Shown: piece after piece, positions 1 through 12,914 of the stretch
How the letters are laid out: each line of letters begins with the position of its first letter
Position numbering within the stretch: the stretch's first letter is position 1
Assembly: GCF_001194135.2 (NCBI RefSeq)
Contig: NC_068982.1
Span: 55,819,215-55,883,214 of the forward strand
DNA length: 64,000 nt
From: Octopus bimaculoides
Taxonomy: Eukaryota
Direction: 5' to 3'
The notes under the pieces: model-generated
Told to the model about the DNA's origin: nothing
Databases searched by the model: none
The model's input: only the letters and a program-made list of their open reading frames with translations
Program-made: the position numbers and the translations under genes

Positions 1-50
<50 letters not shown>
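1..50. repeat. (GA)n microsatellite
   Basis: Direct reading. Confidence 0.95.
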
Positions 51-52
<2 letters not shown>

Positions 53-394
53 GGGAGACTCTATGTACTTCTGGGAAGAGAATGATTTCTTTTATTTTCT
101 AGTTTTCTCTCGGTGGAAGAAAAAAGAGAAGTGCAATATATTAATATTAATATACATTAATACTACCAGAATATCCGTGGATGGTCCCATATTTTTATCG
201 AATGATTTTACATTTTATATTCATATCTAACTGGTAAATATATTTAATCATTCGTAAATGTGATGCTTTTTACATCTACGAAGTCTTGATATGACTACAA
301 TTTGGTGCCTCTTCCCTCCCACAACCAACTTTGTTTCGTCATAATCCTCTTTAAAGTGCATATTTTAAAAGTGAATTTTGCAGATTGTGTTATG

Positions 395-530
395 TTGATG
401 TGTGCGTGTGTGTGTGTATTGTTGTTGTTGGGTGTGTGTGTATGTGTGTGCGTGCGCTTGTACATGTGTGTATGTATGTATGTATATACGTTTGCGTACA
501 TATGTATGAATGTCTATGTATGTATGTGGT
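395..530. repeat. Degenerate (TG)n/(TATG)n microsatellite
   Basis: Direct reading; source of the spurious ORFs at 295-608. Confidence 0.9.
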
Positions 531-659
531 TTGCAAACGATGTCCTTCAAGGTATTTGCTCTGCATTGAGTTAAGACACATACTTGCCATTCTCGCTGTC
601 TGAAACATTGCGAATCAGTGATTGGCCCGTGGGAAACCAGAAGACAACGTTATTGTTTT

Positions 660-1018
660 ATTGTTCTCATTATGTGATATGGAAACAAATGTGTTTACAT
701 TGTAACAATTTTATGCTTTAAAACTATGGACTCCTTTGATTACTATTTTACTCCGGTGGACACCCATAGCCATTCAAATTCCTATTTTGTTCTCTATACT
801 TTCATTCGCATACGCTAACAAGAACCATATAAAACTATGTTAAGCGTTGGAGATAGATATCTAGCTGTTTCTGGCAATAAGTACATCTAAAGCAATTTTT
901 TTTCATGGGCCCTTAAAATAATACTGTGGATCCCCATATTACTATTTTGCTTGCGTGGATTCCCCCAAATATTATGTGAATCCCAGGGGCCATATGGACC
1001 CTTGTTAAAAACCACTGC
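660..1018. mobile_element. Possible hAT-type non-autonomous DNA element (relic)
   Basis: Ends ...ggacccttgttaaaaaccactg (reverse complement CAGTGGTTTT, a hAT-like terminus) with repeated gtgga(t/c)cccc subterminal motifs. Left end not identified. Confidence 0.3.
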
Positions 1019-1964
1019 TTTACAGTGCCACTGATCTAATTTTCTATTCCATCTTCACTCAACCATATCACGGCTGTTACTGTTGCTTAGACCTACGTTA
1101 GTTTTGATCGAACAGACTTATCGTTAGAGGCATTAATTCTACCTACAACCATTCTAATTTTTCCGCTAGATGTACTGTATCTAGGACGACATCAACCAAC
1201 GTGTTTCTTTTATAAACTTACCTATAATTATATAAGTTTGTATTTAAAAAATCTATTTAATACACGTTTATATTCAAAACCATATAGTAATACAATATTA
1301 TCTCTTATTTTTCTGATATTTACACACGATTTTATACATTTAATAACCAAAGAATCGTTTATTCTACATATCTAGAGTTCTATGTGATTTGTCGTTTGTT
1401 GGAGATTTCGTTACTATTTCTATAAGATAATATTAACATATAAGTATATCTTAATGGGCTTGATGATATATCTGTTGTTGATTTTTTTAATTGCTATCAT
1501 CTCTGTTGTAGTAAACCTATCATCAAAGCATTCCAGCCGCCACAATTTCATCTTCATTTTTTTCAAACGAAATTATATCTGAGACTACATTAATTGATAT
1601 ATATCACTTATTTTTAAAACAGTAGAGTGTAATATAAGGGGGATGTAGTTACTATTTTTAGTAATCGCATGATCTCTCTCGATCGTCCTCGATGTAGTTT
1701 CAGAAGGAAAGATCTGAGGACGTGAACACCCTGCGAGCAGATTTTAATTCCTTGTTGAAACCAGCTCATTTTTACGAAACCAATAATGCCCTACATTATG
1801 TTATCATCTGCTCTCCAATGTACAAAAGACGGCTAATTGGCGGTCTTAGCTACGGAGAAAGGTGCAGTTTGCCCTGGGCGAGGCTTTTATGAGGTGGCAC
1901 TTTTGGAGTGCTGTATAAGCCTGTGTAGGTTGGTGGAAAACACTCTACCTAAGCCATTGTGTTA

Positions 1965-2072
1965 GAGCGTCGAATACATTGCTTTGCGGTAAGCGTTCCG
2001 ATTTTCTGCGTTGTGAGTTCAAATCTTGCCGAAGTCAATTTTTCTTTTAGGACCGATAAATGAAATACTAGA
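1965..2072 (+). mobile_element. SINE family C fragment
   Basis: gagttcaaatcttgccgaagtcaa...gaccgataaatgaaatac matches the family C core seen elsewhere in the window. Confidence 0.6.
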
Positions 2073-2234
2073 CTTGCGCTGGAGTCGATTTTTCTTTCTC
2101 AAACCCTCTTTTTTTCCCTCTGTCCCTTTCTCCCTTGTTAGAAAAGATCGGGTATCGTCAGATCTAAAAACACCCAGGAGGCAGTGTATGTCATGAGAGA
2201 GCCCCTTCAACCACACCAAAGAATTTAGGATCCA

Positions 2235-2560
2235 TTTACTTACTTAAGCCTACCGCTCCTTGTGAAGCATAGGCCATTGATGACTTTTTCCCACTGTTCT
2301 CGACTTTGAGTAGTCCTCTCTCGGGTTTTGTTGGTTTTGAATTGTCATTGATATTTCTGTAACTTTGCTTTTTCTAGATAGGAGTGTTGGCCCTATGCAA
2401 ACCCATTGTTACCTCTAGAAAGAGATGGCCCATATTAGTTCAACTTTTATCCTTTGATCTGCCCAGCATAGGAAGCCATATCAAGAGCTTGAGCTTCGAT
2501 GGCATAGCTCTCAGGGTCATTGATAAACACCAGCCACAACACCACAACAAGGACTGGACC
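2235..2560 (-). mobile_element. Internally deleted (bipartite) RTE-type LINE derivative: 5' UTR fused to the ORF2 end and (TAAG)n tail
   Basis: Minus strand reads atgaccctgagagctatgcc...ctatgctgggcagatcaaagg...gggtttgcatagggccaacac (RTE/Expander-like 5' block), then ERTTQSREQWEKVINGLCFTRSGRLK* and taagtaa (RTE ORF2 C-terminus). Confidence 0.6.
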
Positions 2561-2718
2561 TTCTGATGGATGGCATGGTAAATTTGTACCTAAATAAGAA
2601 AATATTTCTATAGATAAATGACTTTGAAGAGCCAAGGCAATGAAGTATTCATAAGTTAACACTGTTTCACTGACTTTCCATAGCAGTGAAATGCTTCTAA
2701 TTATATTTATTTCGTGCG

Positions 2719-3044
2719 CGGACAGGAAGCAGAATGCACTCTTGCCGAAGGACAAGAAGTCGAACGGACACAATGCCGAACGGATATAAGGCCGAACGGA
2801 CACAATGCCGAACGGACATAAAGCCGAGCAGACACAATAATGTAAAAAAGAAAACATTCCCACCTACATAGTTTAATGACAATTTTAGTCTGTCAAATGT
2901 TCATCTTGTAGGAATAAAATGATCATTATATATTCTAATTTTTGTATGTCTTTTCGGCATCTTGTCCGTTCGGCATTGTGTCCGTTTGGCTTCTTGGCTT
3001 CGGCTTCTTGCCCTCCGGCAAAAGTGCATTCGGCATCCCGTTCG
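2719..3044. mobile_element. Foldback-type MITE with long TIRs made of ~15-bp tandem units (GCCGAACGGACACAAT)
   Basis: Left arm 2719-2833 and right arm ~2954-3044 are reverse complements; the outer 21 nt match with 4 mismatches; AT-rich spacer between the arms. Confidence 0.8.
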
Positions 3045-3065
3045 TGTACTGTACGTACGTACGTA

Positions 3066-3121
3066 CATACGTATGTATGTATGTATGTATGTATGTATGT
3101 ATGTATGTATGTATGTATGTA

Positions 3122-3152
<31 letters not shown>

Positions 3153-3165
3153 ATGTATGTATGTA

Positions 3166-3196
<31 letters not shown>

Positions 3197-3215
3197 ATGT
3201 ATGTATGTATGTATG

Positions 3216-3248
<33 letters not shown>

Positions 3249-3258
3249 CTCTCTCTCT
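3066..3258. repeat. Compound (TATG)n/(TG)n/(TATC)n/(TC)n microsatellite
   Basis: Direct reading. Confidence 0.95.
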
Positions 3259-3267
3259 TTATCTTTA

Positions 3268-3487
3268 TCTTTTATTTGTTTCACTCATTGGACTGCGGTC
3301 ATACTGAGGCACCGCCTTAAAGTGTTTAGCTGAACAAATCGACACCAGTGTTTACTTTTTTGTAAAGCTTGGTACTTACTATATCGGTCTCCTTTTGCTG
3401 AACTGTTAGATTACACCGACGTAAACAAACCAACACCGGTTGTCAGGCGGTGGTAAGATCAAACACAAAGACATACACACACACATG
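3268..3487 (-). mobile_element. SINE family A, 3' half
   Basis: Matches the reverse complement of the 3' half of the 4503-4941 copy. Confidence 0.8.
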
Positions 3488-4502
3488 CTGTGGCTCTCTA
3501 TAAATAAAAATATCTATAGGCTCCCATGCCAGGGGTCTATTACGTTGTTAAGACGGCCTTGACTTGACTGTTCCACTTTTTTTTCTTAATCCTAGTCTCA
3601 TTTGAGATATTTGACAATGTATAATAACAAATATATCAGCATAATTAAAATTTCAGATTATCCGATAAATACTGTGTAGTGCGTCATTGATTAATTAATT
3701 AATTAATTAACTACGTTTTCAGTGAATGCACTGTTATGCAAAGAAGGGTATATCTACCTTAGTTGACATTTGGATTGTGCCTGATATAAATAACTATAAG
3801 CCATCAACCACTCGGTGAGCAGATAAAATGAGTACTTGTTATCTGATGAGTCTCAGACATAAAGATTGTCTCTTGGTAGTAACACTGCTTCTGTCGCTAT
3901 TAATTATTTCTTAATAAGCCCATGGTTATTTGTGACATCAACACCTGAAGAGATACTGCAGAGTGAGATTCGGCTGTTATGTCACTGCCGGAAGTCTTCA
4001 ATCGAGGAGCCCAAAGCAAGGCAAAATCAGGTGCTCCGGCAGTTACGGTGGCTGTAGCAGATGGTTCTCGCTGGTCAGTGGTATAAATAAAAATGCTTTT
4101 ATCTACCACAAGTCCATATGAGAGGTTCTCATAATGTAACTAACGCAATATTCGGTGTTCTAACAAAACATTCACGTTAACTTGGGCATCAAGATTGCCT
4201 TTTACTATAAATACTGCTTCTATCACAATTACTCATTTTTCAAGAAATGGCACTGAAGTTCTATATATCATAGTCAGTAAGATTCGGTTGTTATGTCGCT
4301 ACTGGTCGTCTGCAAAAACAACAATAGTCATGTAAATCTTAATTTAATTTTTCTACCTAGGGAAAAATAATATTTGTTTGTATTTGTTAACTCTTTAACT
4401 GCAAAATTAAATTTCGTGGTTACTCCACTAAGGATGTTAAAATATCTACCGAAAAACAATAGAATTGGTATTTTCAGCAAGATACGTTGCCTAAGACATA
4501 TC

Positions 4503-4662
4503 TGGCGTGGCTGTGTGGTAAGAAGTTTGCTTCCCAACCACGTAGTTCCAGACCCAATCATACTTCGTGGCACTTTGGGCAACTGTCTTCTATTACAACC
4601 CAGGGCTTACCAGTGCCTTGCAAGTGGATTTATTAGACGGAAACTGAAAGAAGTCCGTCGTA

Positions 4663-4737
<75 letters not shown>

Positions 4738-4941
4738 CTTTATGTTTGTGTTTGTCTTCCATCACTGCTTGACCACCGGTGTTGGTTTGTTTATGTTCCT
4801 GTAACTTAGCAGCTATGCAGAACGAGGGAGATAGAATAAGTATCAAGTTTAAAATGAGAACTGAGCGTGATTCGATCGACTAAGTCCTCGAAGGCGGTGC
4901 CCCAGCATGGCTGCAGTCCAATGACTGAAACAAGTAAAAGA
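4503..4941 (+). mobile_element. SINE family A, full length (tRNA-like head, internal (TA)n(TG)n microsatellite; probably the octopus OK-type SINE)
   Basis: Head ggcgtggctgtgtggtaagaagtttgcttcccaaccac..., then ggcactttgggcaa..., microsatellite, and 3' ...ggcggtgccccagcatggctgcagtccaatgactgaaacaagtaaaag. Recurs many times in the window. The family name is from recall only. Confidence 0.85.
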
Positions 4942-5667
4942 TATGACATTCTTTTACAAAAGATAGATTGGTATATAAGACTACTTTCCCCAGTTAAGGG
5001 TAGTGAAATTTTGACTGGATATATCTGATTTTTCCAGTAAAAGGGTTAAAAAGCTGGAAAAGACGCAGCGAGGCTAAAATTGTATATGTTAATCTACAAT
5101 TCAGATTACATGAATGTGCTTTAATTTTTGAAATGGAAACAGCGAAGCCGAAAGCCGCTGCGTGAGTGTGTAAATGTGTGTTGGTTTTATTTTATTGTGG
5201 CCATGAACTAGCTTAGCAAAATCCTCATGTTTGGCCTGATTTCACAAAAAAACCCTTCTTCACCCCTGTACCACACTCTATCCAGTCAATGGCAGAAGGA
5301 CACGTGATAGTTCTTTGTCACTTCAACGTAAATCAATGACAGATTTTTTAAAACATTTTTGGAAGGCTAAACTTAGTTGGTGTATGTATATGTGGAGGTG
5401 TGAATATATTTGCTGTACACGTGTATTGGTGTTTGTATGTTTTATGTGCCTATTTATTCTTGCTAGTATAAACATGTATGTATATATGTATCTATGTCTG
5501 TATGTATGTATGTATGTATGTATGTATGTATGTATGTATGTATGTATGTATGCATGCATTCTAATTTGCATGCGTAATTTTGGAACGTGTGAGAACTTGT
5601 TTGAAAGAGTATGTACATGTACGTATGTATGTGTGTGTGTCTGTGTGTGTATTTATATACCTTTTAC

Positions 5668-5861
5668 CTTTTATCTTTGTTTCAGACATTGGCCTGCGGC
5701 CAAGCTGGGGTACTGCCTTGAATTTTTAGTCGAATGAATCGACCCCAGTATTTATTTTTAAGCCTGACACTTATTCTATCGGTTTCTTTTGCCGAACCGC
5801 TAGAAGATGGGGACGTAAATACACCAGCATCGGTTGTCAAGTGGTGATGGGGGACAAGCAG

Positions 5862-5904
<43 letters not shown>

Positions 5905-6066
5905 TATATGAGGGGCTTCCTTCACTTTCCGTCCATCAAATCCACTCACAAGTCTTTGATCGGCCTGAGGCTATAGTAGAAGACACTTGCCCAAGGTGCC
6001 ACGCAGTGGGACTGAACCCGGAACTATGTGGTTGGGAAGCAAGCTTCTTACCACACAGCCATTCCT
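5668..6066 (-). mobile_element. SINE family A, full length
   Basis: Reverse complement of the 4503-4941 copy, with a (CA)n internal tract. Confidence 0.9.
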
Positions 6067-6234
6067 ACACCTATGTATATAAACGTGGGTATATTTATAT
6101 CTCTTGGTATACATCTCTGTTTGTACGAATATGTATGTTATTGTTTGACCTCAAGCCATCTCTGATCGAGCAAATCTACAATTAAAGGCATTCTAGCCGT
6201 GACTATCCTGTCGTTGCATTTGTGGTTTACACGC

Positions 6235-6282
<48 letters not shown>

Positions 6283-7019
6283 NNNNNNNNNNNNNNNNNN
6301 NNNNNNNNNNNNNNNNNNNNNNNNNNNNNNNNNNNNNNNNNNNNNNNNNNNNNNNNNNNNNNNNNNNNNNNNNNNNNNNNNNNNNNNNNNNNNNNNNNNN
6401 NNNNNNNNNNNNNNNNNNNNNNNNNNNNNNNNNNNNNNNNNNNNNNNNNNNNNNNNNNNNNNNNNNNNNNNNNNNNNNNNNNNNNNNNNNNNNNNNNNNN
6501 NNNNNNNNNNNNNNNNNNNNNNNNNNNNNNNNNNNNNNNNNNNNNNNNNNNNNNNNNNNNNNNNNNNNNNNNNNNNNNNNNNNNNNNNNNNNNNNNNNNN
6601 NNNNNNNNNNNNNNTATATATATATATATATATATGTATGAGTGTGTGTGTATGTGTGTGTGAAGTTATAGTTCGGGTGTAATACCTGCAGATTTCGTTG
6701 GACAACTGACTTCTACTACTGTGCTATTGGGGCGAATGTTATAGCTGCTGCATCACACCACATTGATAGAAAGCTGTGTGATAACATTTTTAACAGCTGT
6801 TTATGATGTTTATTCTTCAATATCCGAATCAATTATCACATCTGGGTGTTTTACCTTCATCCCTATCCTGTTGTGTATCAGGTATTTTGTTATTTCTTGT
6901 TCGCGGCTTGCAAGAGCGTATCCTTGAAAGTAAGAGTCAATATACGGGTTAATGTATGCTATAATGTCTGAAAGTGTATATGTACATATGTATACGTTTA
7001 TGTGTTTGTATGAGTACGT

Positions 7020-7028
7020 ATATGTGTG

Positions 7029-7060
<32 letters not shown>

Positions 7061-7125
7061 TGTATGTATGTATGTATGTGTGTATGTATGTATGTATGTA
7101 TGTATGTATGTATGTATGTATGTAT
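7020..7125. repeat. (TATG)n microsatellite
   Basis: Direct reading. Confidence 0.95.
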
Positions 7126-7420
7126 AAATGCGTGTGTACGAGAGGGAATAATTATAGAGCAGCTAGTGAATCTAACGGGTTTATTTGAGTTGGCAAAATC
7201 GCGGGTTATCGATTTTCTAGTCAGAGAATTTCATGTACGGTGACAGATCAACCTTGAGACATTTTTGACAAACGACTTAAAGTAGCAAATACTTTTTTGG
7301 CGGACATTTTCTATGTGCGCTAAGATTAGATGCCAGGGATATTTTTAGTAAGGGAGAGGAACGGAGATATAAAGAAAACGAGCATCAGAAAAAGAAATAA
7401 TAATAATAATAATAATGATG

Positions 7421-7458
<38 letters not shown>

Positions 7459-8724
7459 GTGAAGTGAAAGAAAAGATTAGAGAGTGATTGTATCAGCTGC
7501 CTTGAGATTAGAATAAACAGAAAAGATAGTAAAGGGAGTGTTGCACAGTTTTTTTTAATAGTTTATTTTGTTTAAATTATTTAAGTCGAGCTTTGTTGAG
7601 ACCAAAATAAGACAAATTTAGCCTTGAATAAATCACCCGAGGTTAAAATATATCTATCAGCACATTCTTTTTGTTCAAAGGTTTTCTGTTCAAGGTTTTG
7701 GTGACTCATAGACCAGAAGAATCACTAGAAATACCAGGAAAGGTGTGATTACCAAATTAGAACATTGTTTTCACTGTAGAATCAAAGGAAGAATTAAACA
7801 TAAAATTAGGCGAAGAAAAAAAACAAAACCCACCTGGCTATTTCCCAGCCCGTATTGGAAACAATCATTCTTGTAATCTTTTAGTTGAGCCATATACTTC
7901 TTTAGGTAGAATGAAATACTCTTTTATTTTCTGTATTAAGAAATACGAATTTCTGTACGTGTATCCGCATGGCTTTTGGGGTTATAGACTCAGCTCTCTA
8001 GGGGTCTACCCCCACAAATGGCACATATTTGCAACCAGGATACTACCGAGAGTGTTTCTATTTTACTTAGTCCATTAGTCTGCGGCGCAAAAATCAGACA
8101 AGCCTATAACGCCTTTAGTTCTTTCTTACAACCAGCAAAATTTGGACTGTGTGACAAACGAGAAGGAATAGAAGTATAGAGAGTAAAAAAAAAGCTGGAT
8201 ATTGGTTGAGGAATTGTATTTAATCTATTCAGAAATTGTATGATAAATTATGAAAATAATTAACAGTCTTGCTGTTCTTTTAACATTTATATGTTTCGGT
8301 AATAAAGGAGTCTCCATTTTGGTTTTAGAAAAGATGCTTCTGAGTAACAATTTTGTTATTGATTAAACCCTTTTCTTCCATGCGAAATATATGAAACATG
8401 TACTAATAGTCAGTTTCTCTATTTTTGAGTTCATTCTCCAAGAAGAAAAAGTTCTTTTATTTCATGAACCAAATGAAATATTTCTTTGAAATTAGAATTT
8501 GCAAGCAGTAAAAATTGTATATATTTTCCATTGAAATGACTTTAAAATTGTACAGATCAATATCAAGGTAGAAAGGTGGCAAACAAGATCAGAAGTGTTG
8601 AGAAACGATATATTTTAAAAAGATAAAAAGACCCCATTCCTCCCGGAATAGTGAAAAATCTGTGGATTCCAAAAAAAGGTGAGAAAAGATCCAGTGAAGC
8701 TTTTGCTCGATATGATCAGGTGAA

Positions 8725-8938
8725 GATTTAAACCGGCCATATTTGGCCCAGATAGTCTACTCGATTTATGTTCATGATAACCAGACCCAACCTCTCACAC
8801 CTACCATACGATGTCATCCTAAAAATAAACAATCACGTCATCAAAATCGCAAAGCTACGAAATAATGGATGATTAATTTAAAACGATGTAAATGAATAAG
8901 CATTATGTTTGAGAGTAATCTGAATGCTAAAGGGTTAA
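8725..8938. mobile_element. piggyBac-like MITE relic (one intact end ...AATGCTAAAGGG|TTAA)
   Basis: Terminal AGGG followed by TTAA (8935-8938) is the piggyBac end/TSD signature; the opposite end is decayed. Confidence 0.45.
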
Positions 8939-9164
8939 ATTAGACAAGTCATTAAAATTTAGCTGTATTGAAGCTGCAAAAGATCTGGTGAAGTTTTGAC
9001 TCGATAAATTTTCCCACGATAAAATGTATTTATGCAAGTACTAAGATAGAGACGCGAGTAAAATTAATAATAAAGAAGCGAAAATAAAACTTTGGAAACA
9101 GCCTAAAGGGAGATAATTGAGAAAGACATGAAAGTCAACGTAAGACCGTAATCATGTAAAGTAA

Positions 9165-9368
9165 ATATAACAAATAATCCAGAATTCTTGTCCGGTACCA
9201 GATCAATCCCCAAATCTAATCAGTTCGTACCCGTCACGAGGCCAAACATCACTGAAAGTTTCATCCGAATCCATCCCGCGGTTCTTGAGATATCTTGTCC
9301 ACGGACAAAAAACAAGCAATCACGACTGAAAACAATACCTTCGCTTTCGCTTAGGCGGAGGTAATAAC
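9165..9368 (-). mobile_element. Short element with a terminal ACCT(T/C)CGC...GCGGAGGT hairpin, Helentron/DINE-1-like
   Basis: accttcgctttcgcttaggcggaggtaataa hairpin at ~9338-9366; internal ggatcaatccccaaatctaat / catccgaatccatcc motifs. Confidence 0.45.
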
Positions 9369-9470
9369 AATCCTTTCCACCAAAGCACAAAGCCCGAAAT
9401 TTGGGGGGAGGAGGGCTAGTCAATCATCAGGACCCCAGTGTTTAACTGGTACTTGATTTATCGACCACGA
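9365..9470 (-). mobile_element. SINE family C, 3' fragment
   Basis: gaccccagtgtttaactggtacttgatttatcgacc. Confidence 0.75.
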
Positions 9471-9524
9471 GGCAAATAATGTAGTTAACCAAAACAAAGA
9501 AACGTAGAGATCACAAGAGAAAAA

Positions 9525-11015
9525 GTTGAAAAATGTCTTGAAAAGGATGTCAAACTGGATATATCCCGAACCAGATTTGGTCCAGGGATTTTGGCTAAAA
9601 AGTTTTACCTTAATTCACGACAGAATGTTGTACTGACATAGGTGTTGTTCCCGAACAGATGATGAAAGGCAGGGCGGTGTTGAGAGTGAAATATCAAAAG
9701 GAAGGAAATGTAACAAGTAACTATCGATGAATAGCTTATCTTCAACTGATGCGAAAGTTGTTGATAGTTGTTATTGCAAAGGATGTGTATAGATATCTTG
9801 AGAAGGGCTGTCTACTGCCAGAAGAGCAAAAAGGGTGTAGAAAAGGTTCCAGAAGGACAAACAACCTATTAAATATAGATCAACATGCCTTCCGAGAAGT
9901 CAAAAGCAGAAAGGAAAACCTAGCAACGGCATGGATTGATTACCATACGGTAATGTGCTACACTCATGGACCCAAGAATGTCTCACTATATTTGGGACGA
10001 TAGAGAATGTTATTCGGCTCTTACAAAACAGTATGGTAAAATGGAAAACTGTGCTGACATCTAGTGAAGATGAGTTGACTGAAGTCAGCATAAGTAGAGG
10101 AATATTCTTGTGGTTGGTCTCATCCTTCTCAGATTAACCTTGAGAGAGACTAAATGATGCAACAAATTTAGCAGTGGTAAGAAAATAAACTACCCACTGT
10201 TTATGGACGGCTTGGAATTATTTGCCAAAAGTGAGGAAGAACTAGAGACTTAGAATTGCGAGTGACGACATTGGTATGAAGTTTGGAATTGATAAATGTG
10301 TGATGCTAGTAATAAGAAGAGGAAAATATCCAAGTCAGAAGGCATCAATTAAACAATGAATAAAGGTGACAGTTACAAATACTTTGGTGTATCAAAGGTA
10401 GATAGAATTCCCTGTCAAGAAATGAAGCAGGAGGTGAGAAATGAATATTTTAGGACAGTTAAAAGGGTGCTTAGCTTAAAACTGGATGAAGTTAAAATCA
10501 TCTCTGCAGTAAAAACATGGGCGATGTTTCTAATAAGATATTGTGCTACTTTCCTTAACTGAACTAGAGAAGACCTAAGAAGCATAAACCTTTAAGTCGG
10601 AAAGACAATAACCATGTGTAGGTCATTACATCATAGAAACGTTGTTGATAGGTTATACCTACCACGGAATGAAGGAAGGGAGATGACTGATATAAAAAGA
10701 ACACTGCATGGAGATGGCAGAACGGGGTATAGAAGAGTATATGAAAAATAGCACAGAAAGATTGATTTTATCTGCCAGTGGAGAAGAGAAAGAAGAAAAC
10801 AGGATTGAGAAAGAAACATCTGGAGAAAAGCGCTCCACGGTCAGCAACTCAGACAAATGCTGAAAGTTGCAGCAAATGAACCTTGGTTCTGCTTGAAGAA
10901 TAGAGAACTCAAAAAAGAACGGAAGGACTCATGGCTGTTCAAAGCCAGGCATTACGAACTAATATCATTAGGGTAAGATTAGACAGAACCGTGGAAAGTG
11001 CTTAATTGAAGAATG
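9525..11015 (+). mobile_element. Decayed R4/Dong-clade non-LTR retrotransposon, reverse transcriptase region
   Basis: Frameshifted motifs: NWIYPEPDLVQGFWLKSF; LLPEEQKGCRKGSR; REVKSRKENLATAWIDY; HSWTQECL...NSMVKWKTVLTS...ISRGIF; LFMDGLELFAKSEEEL; IGMKFGIDKC; YKYFGV. Confidence 0.85.
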
Positions 11016-11186
11016 TGTAGGGACATGCTCAACTGATTAAAGTCAAGGAGCTGACAGCAAATCTGCGGTATTGAGCAGAATATTTGCTGCAGCCCATCTT
11101 TTAGACCAAGACGAATACATTTACATGTTAACACTTCTAAGCAGTTAAGGCCAGAAGCCATGAGAGACACTGCCTTGTACTTACTA
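11015..11186 (-). mobile_element. Fragment of an unclassified interspersed repeat interrupting the R4 relic
   Basis: Reverse complement gcagcaaatattctgctcaataccgcagatttgc...ttaatcagttgagcatgtccc aligns with 37440-37510 (+). Confidence 0.65.
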
Positions 11187-11547
11187 TCCTCCTCCTCCTC
11201 CTCCTCCTCCTCCTCCTCCTNNNNNNNNNNNNNNNNNNNNNNNNNNNNNNNNNNNNNNNNNNNNNNNNNNNNNNNNNNNNNNNNNNNNNNNNNNNNNNNN
11301 NNNNNNNNNNNNNNNNNNNNNNNNNNNNNNNNNNNNNNNNNNNNNNNATTTGCGTTATCATAAGCAGAGATTATATTTAAAACGGCATAGTATTGTGAAC
11401 GGACCAAATAAAAGAAATTTCGATATTGTAGAAGATTAAAGACCAAGATTAAATAACTAGAAATAGAAACAGACAGATTTCTGGTGTCTTTGGTTACTAA
11501 AATTAACAGTAGCAGCTGCAACTCCAGAAGTTCCTACAAGTTACCTC

Positions 11548-11562
11548 AACTACTACTACTAT

Positions 11563-11624
<62 letters not shown>

Positions 11625-11625
11625 A
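11548..11625. repeat. (CTA)n microsatellite; (TCC)n at 11187-11220
   Basis: Direct reading. Confidence 0.95.
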
Positions 11626-12914
11626 ATCACGGCGATGGCTGCCGCTGCCGCGAGCTTCCCTCGTTAGCAGCCTCTACATCGGGGATCTTCACACTTTTTC
11701 AACTAACACCCTTTTTCTTTTAATAATATATTTTCAACGTCCATCTTACTACGAGTCAACGCCTCTCTTTTAAACGTACGTACACGTAAAGTTAACATGC
11801 AGCTTACCGTCGTAAAACAACGCGAAAGTAAATTGTCCTAAAAATAATGATATTAAAAACTGCGATAAAAACCGGAAGTAACGATAGTGACATCCTATAA
11901 TATCACGTAAACAATGTATGTGACATAACTAATTTATAGAACGTACATAATTTCGTTCTGTGGAAAGTCTCTAACCCACATATACATGAGCTGAATTACT
12001 CTTGACAGAGTCAAAAGGATATTTTTTCAAGGAAGGAATTGGCTCGTATAATCCGACTGAATCACCAAGAACAACGCCACCGATTCCTGTCAATTCTCTC
12101 TCTACAGTTTATTAATCGTGCAGGATTATTGCATTGCTTATATATAACTGTGCTGGCTATTATGCATCGACATGCAAGGCATTAAATTGCTTGTTCAGTA
12201 GTATTCGTTACAGGGTATAGTATGTTGGAACAGTGTACCTAAGCTACTATTTCTGAAATACTTAACACATCACTAAAATGTACTCTGTAAATAGCATAAT
12301 GAGGGAGTTCTTTTTGTTCTTTTCATGAAATGTCATGTTATCGTCACTTTCGGTTTCTATCGCAATTTACCTTAATTTTACATAGGAGAATTTACTCTCA
12401 CTTTTTTACGACCGTAAATCGCAATAGAACCTACACGTAATATCAAGCTAGAGTAATTTGTTCCGGTACTAGTTTGATGCGAATGACTACTTACCAAAGC
12501 ACCAACATGCTATGAGGGAATATTTGACGCATCACTGCATAGTTATCAACCCAACCTTTAGCAAAATGTTTTCAATTACTGCCACTTTTCTTTTACTAAC
12601 ACTATTTGAACACCCTTCCCAATCATTTTAATGTATATACATGTAATATCAAGCCATATAACTTTAGTTCTGGATACTATCTTAAAACGGGTGTCTACTT
12701 ATCTTGGCACCAACTTGTTATAAACGAACATTTGACTCATTATCCCTTAGTTATTGGACCTAACCATTCCCTAAACTTAAGCACGTAGCTTTAGTGTTTC
12801 ATATATAGCTCGTCGATGCCAGTTGATATTTATCTTTATATTCCGATTTATAATTGCCGCTGTTATTGTTGTTGTCGTTGGTGTGATTGTGGTTAACAAG
12901 CAGCTTATTACACC

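Noticed and set aside
7930-8090. Aromatic-rich open frame (YVYPHGFWGYRL...)
   Set aside because: Short, no recognisable motif or flanking exon structure.
12010-12110. GGVVLGD frame as the next protease exon
   Set aside because: Wrong phase for the phase-2 donor and no further S1A motifs.
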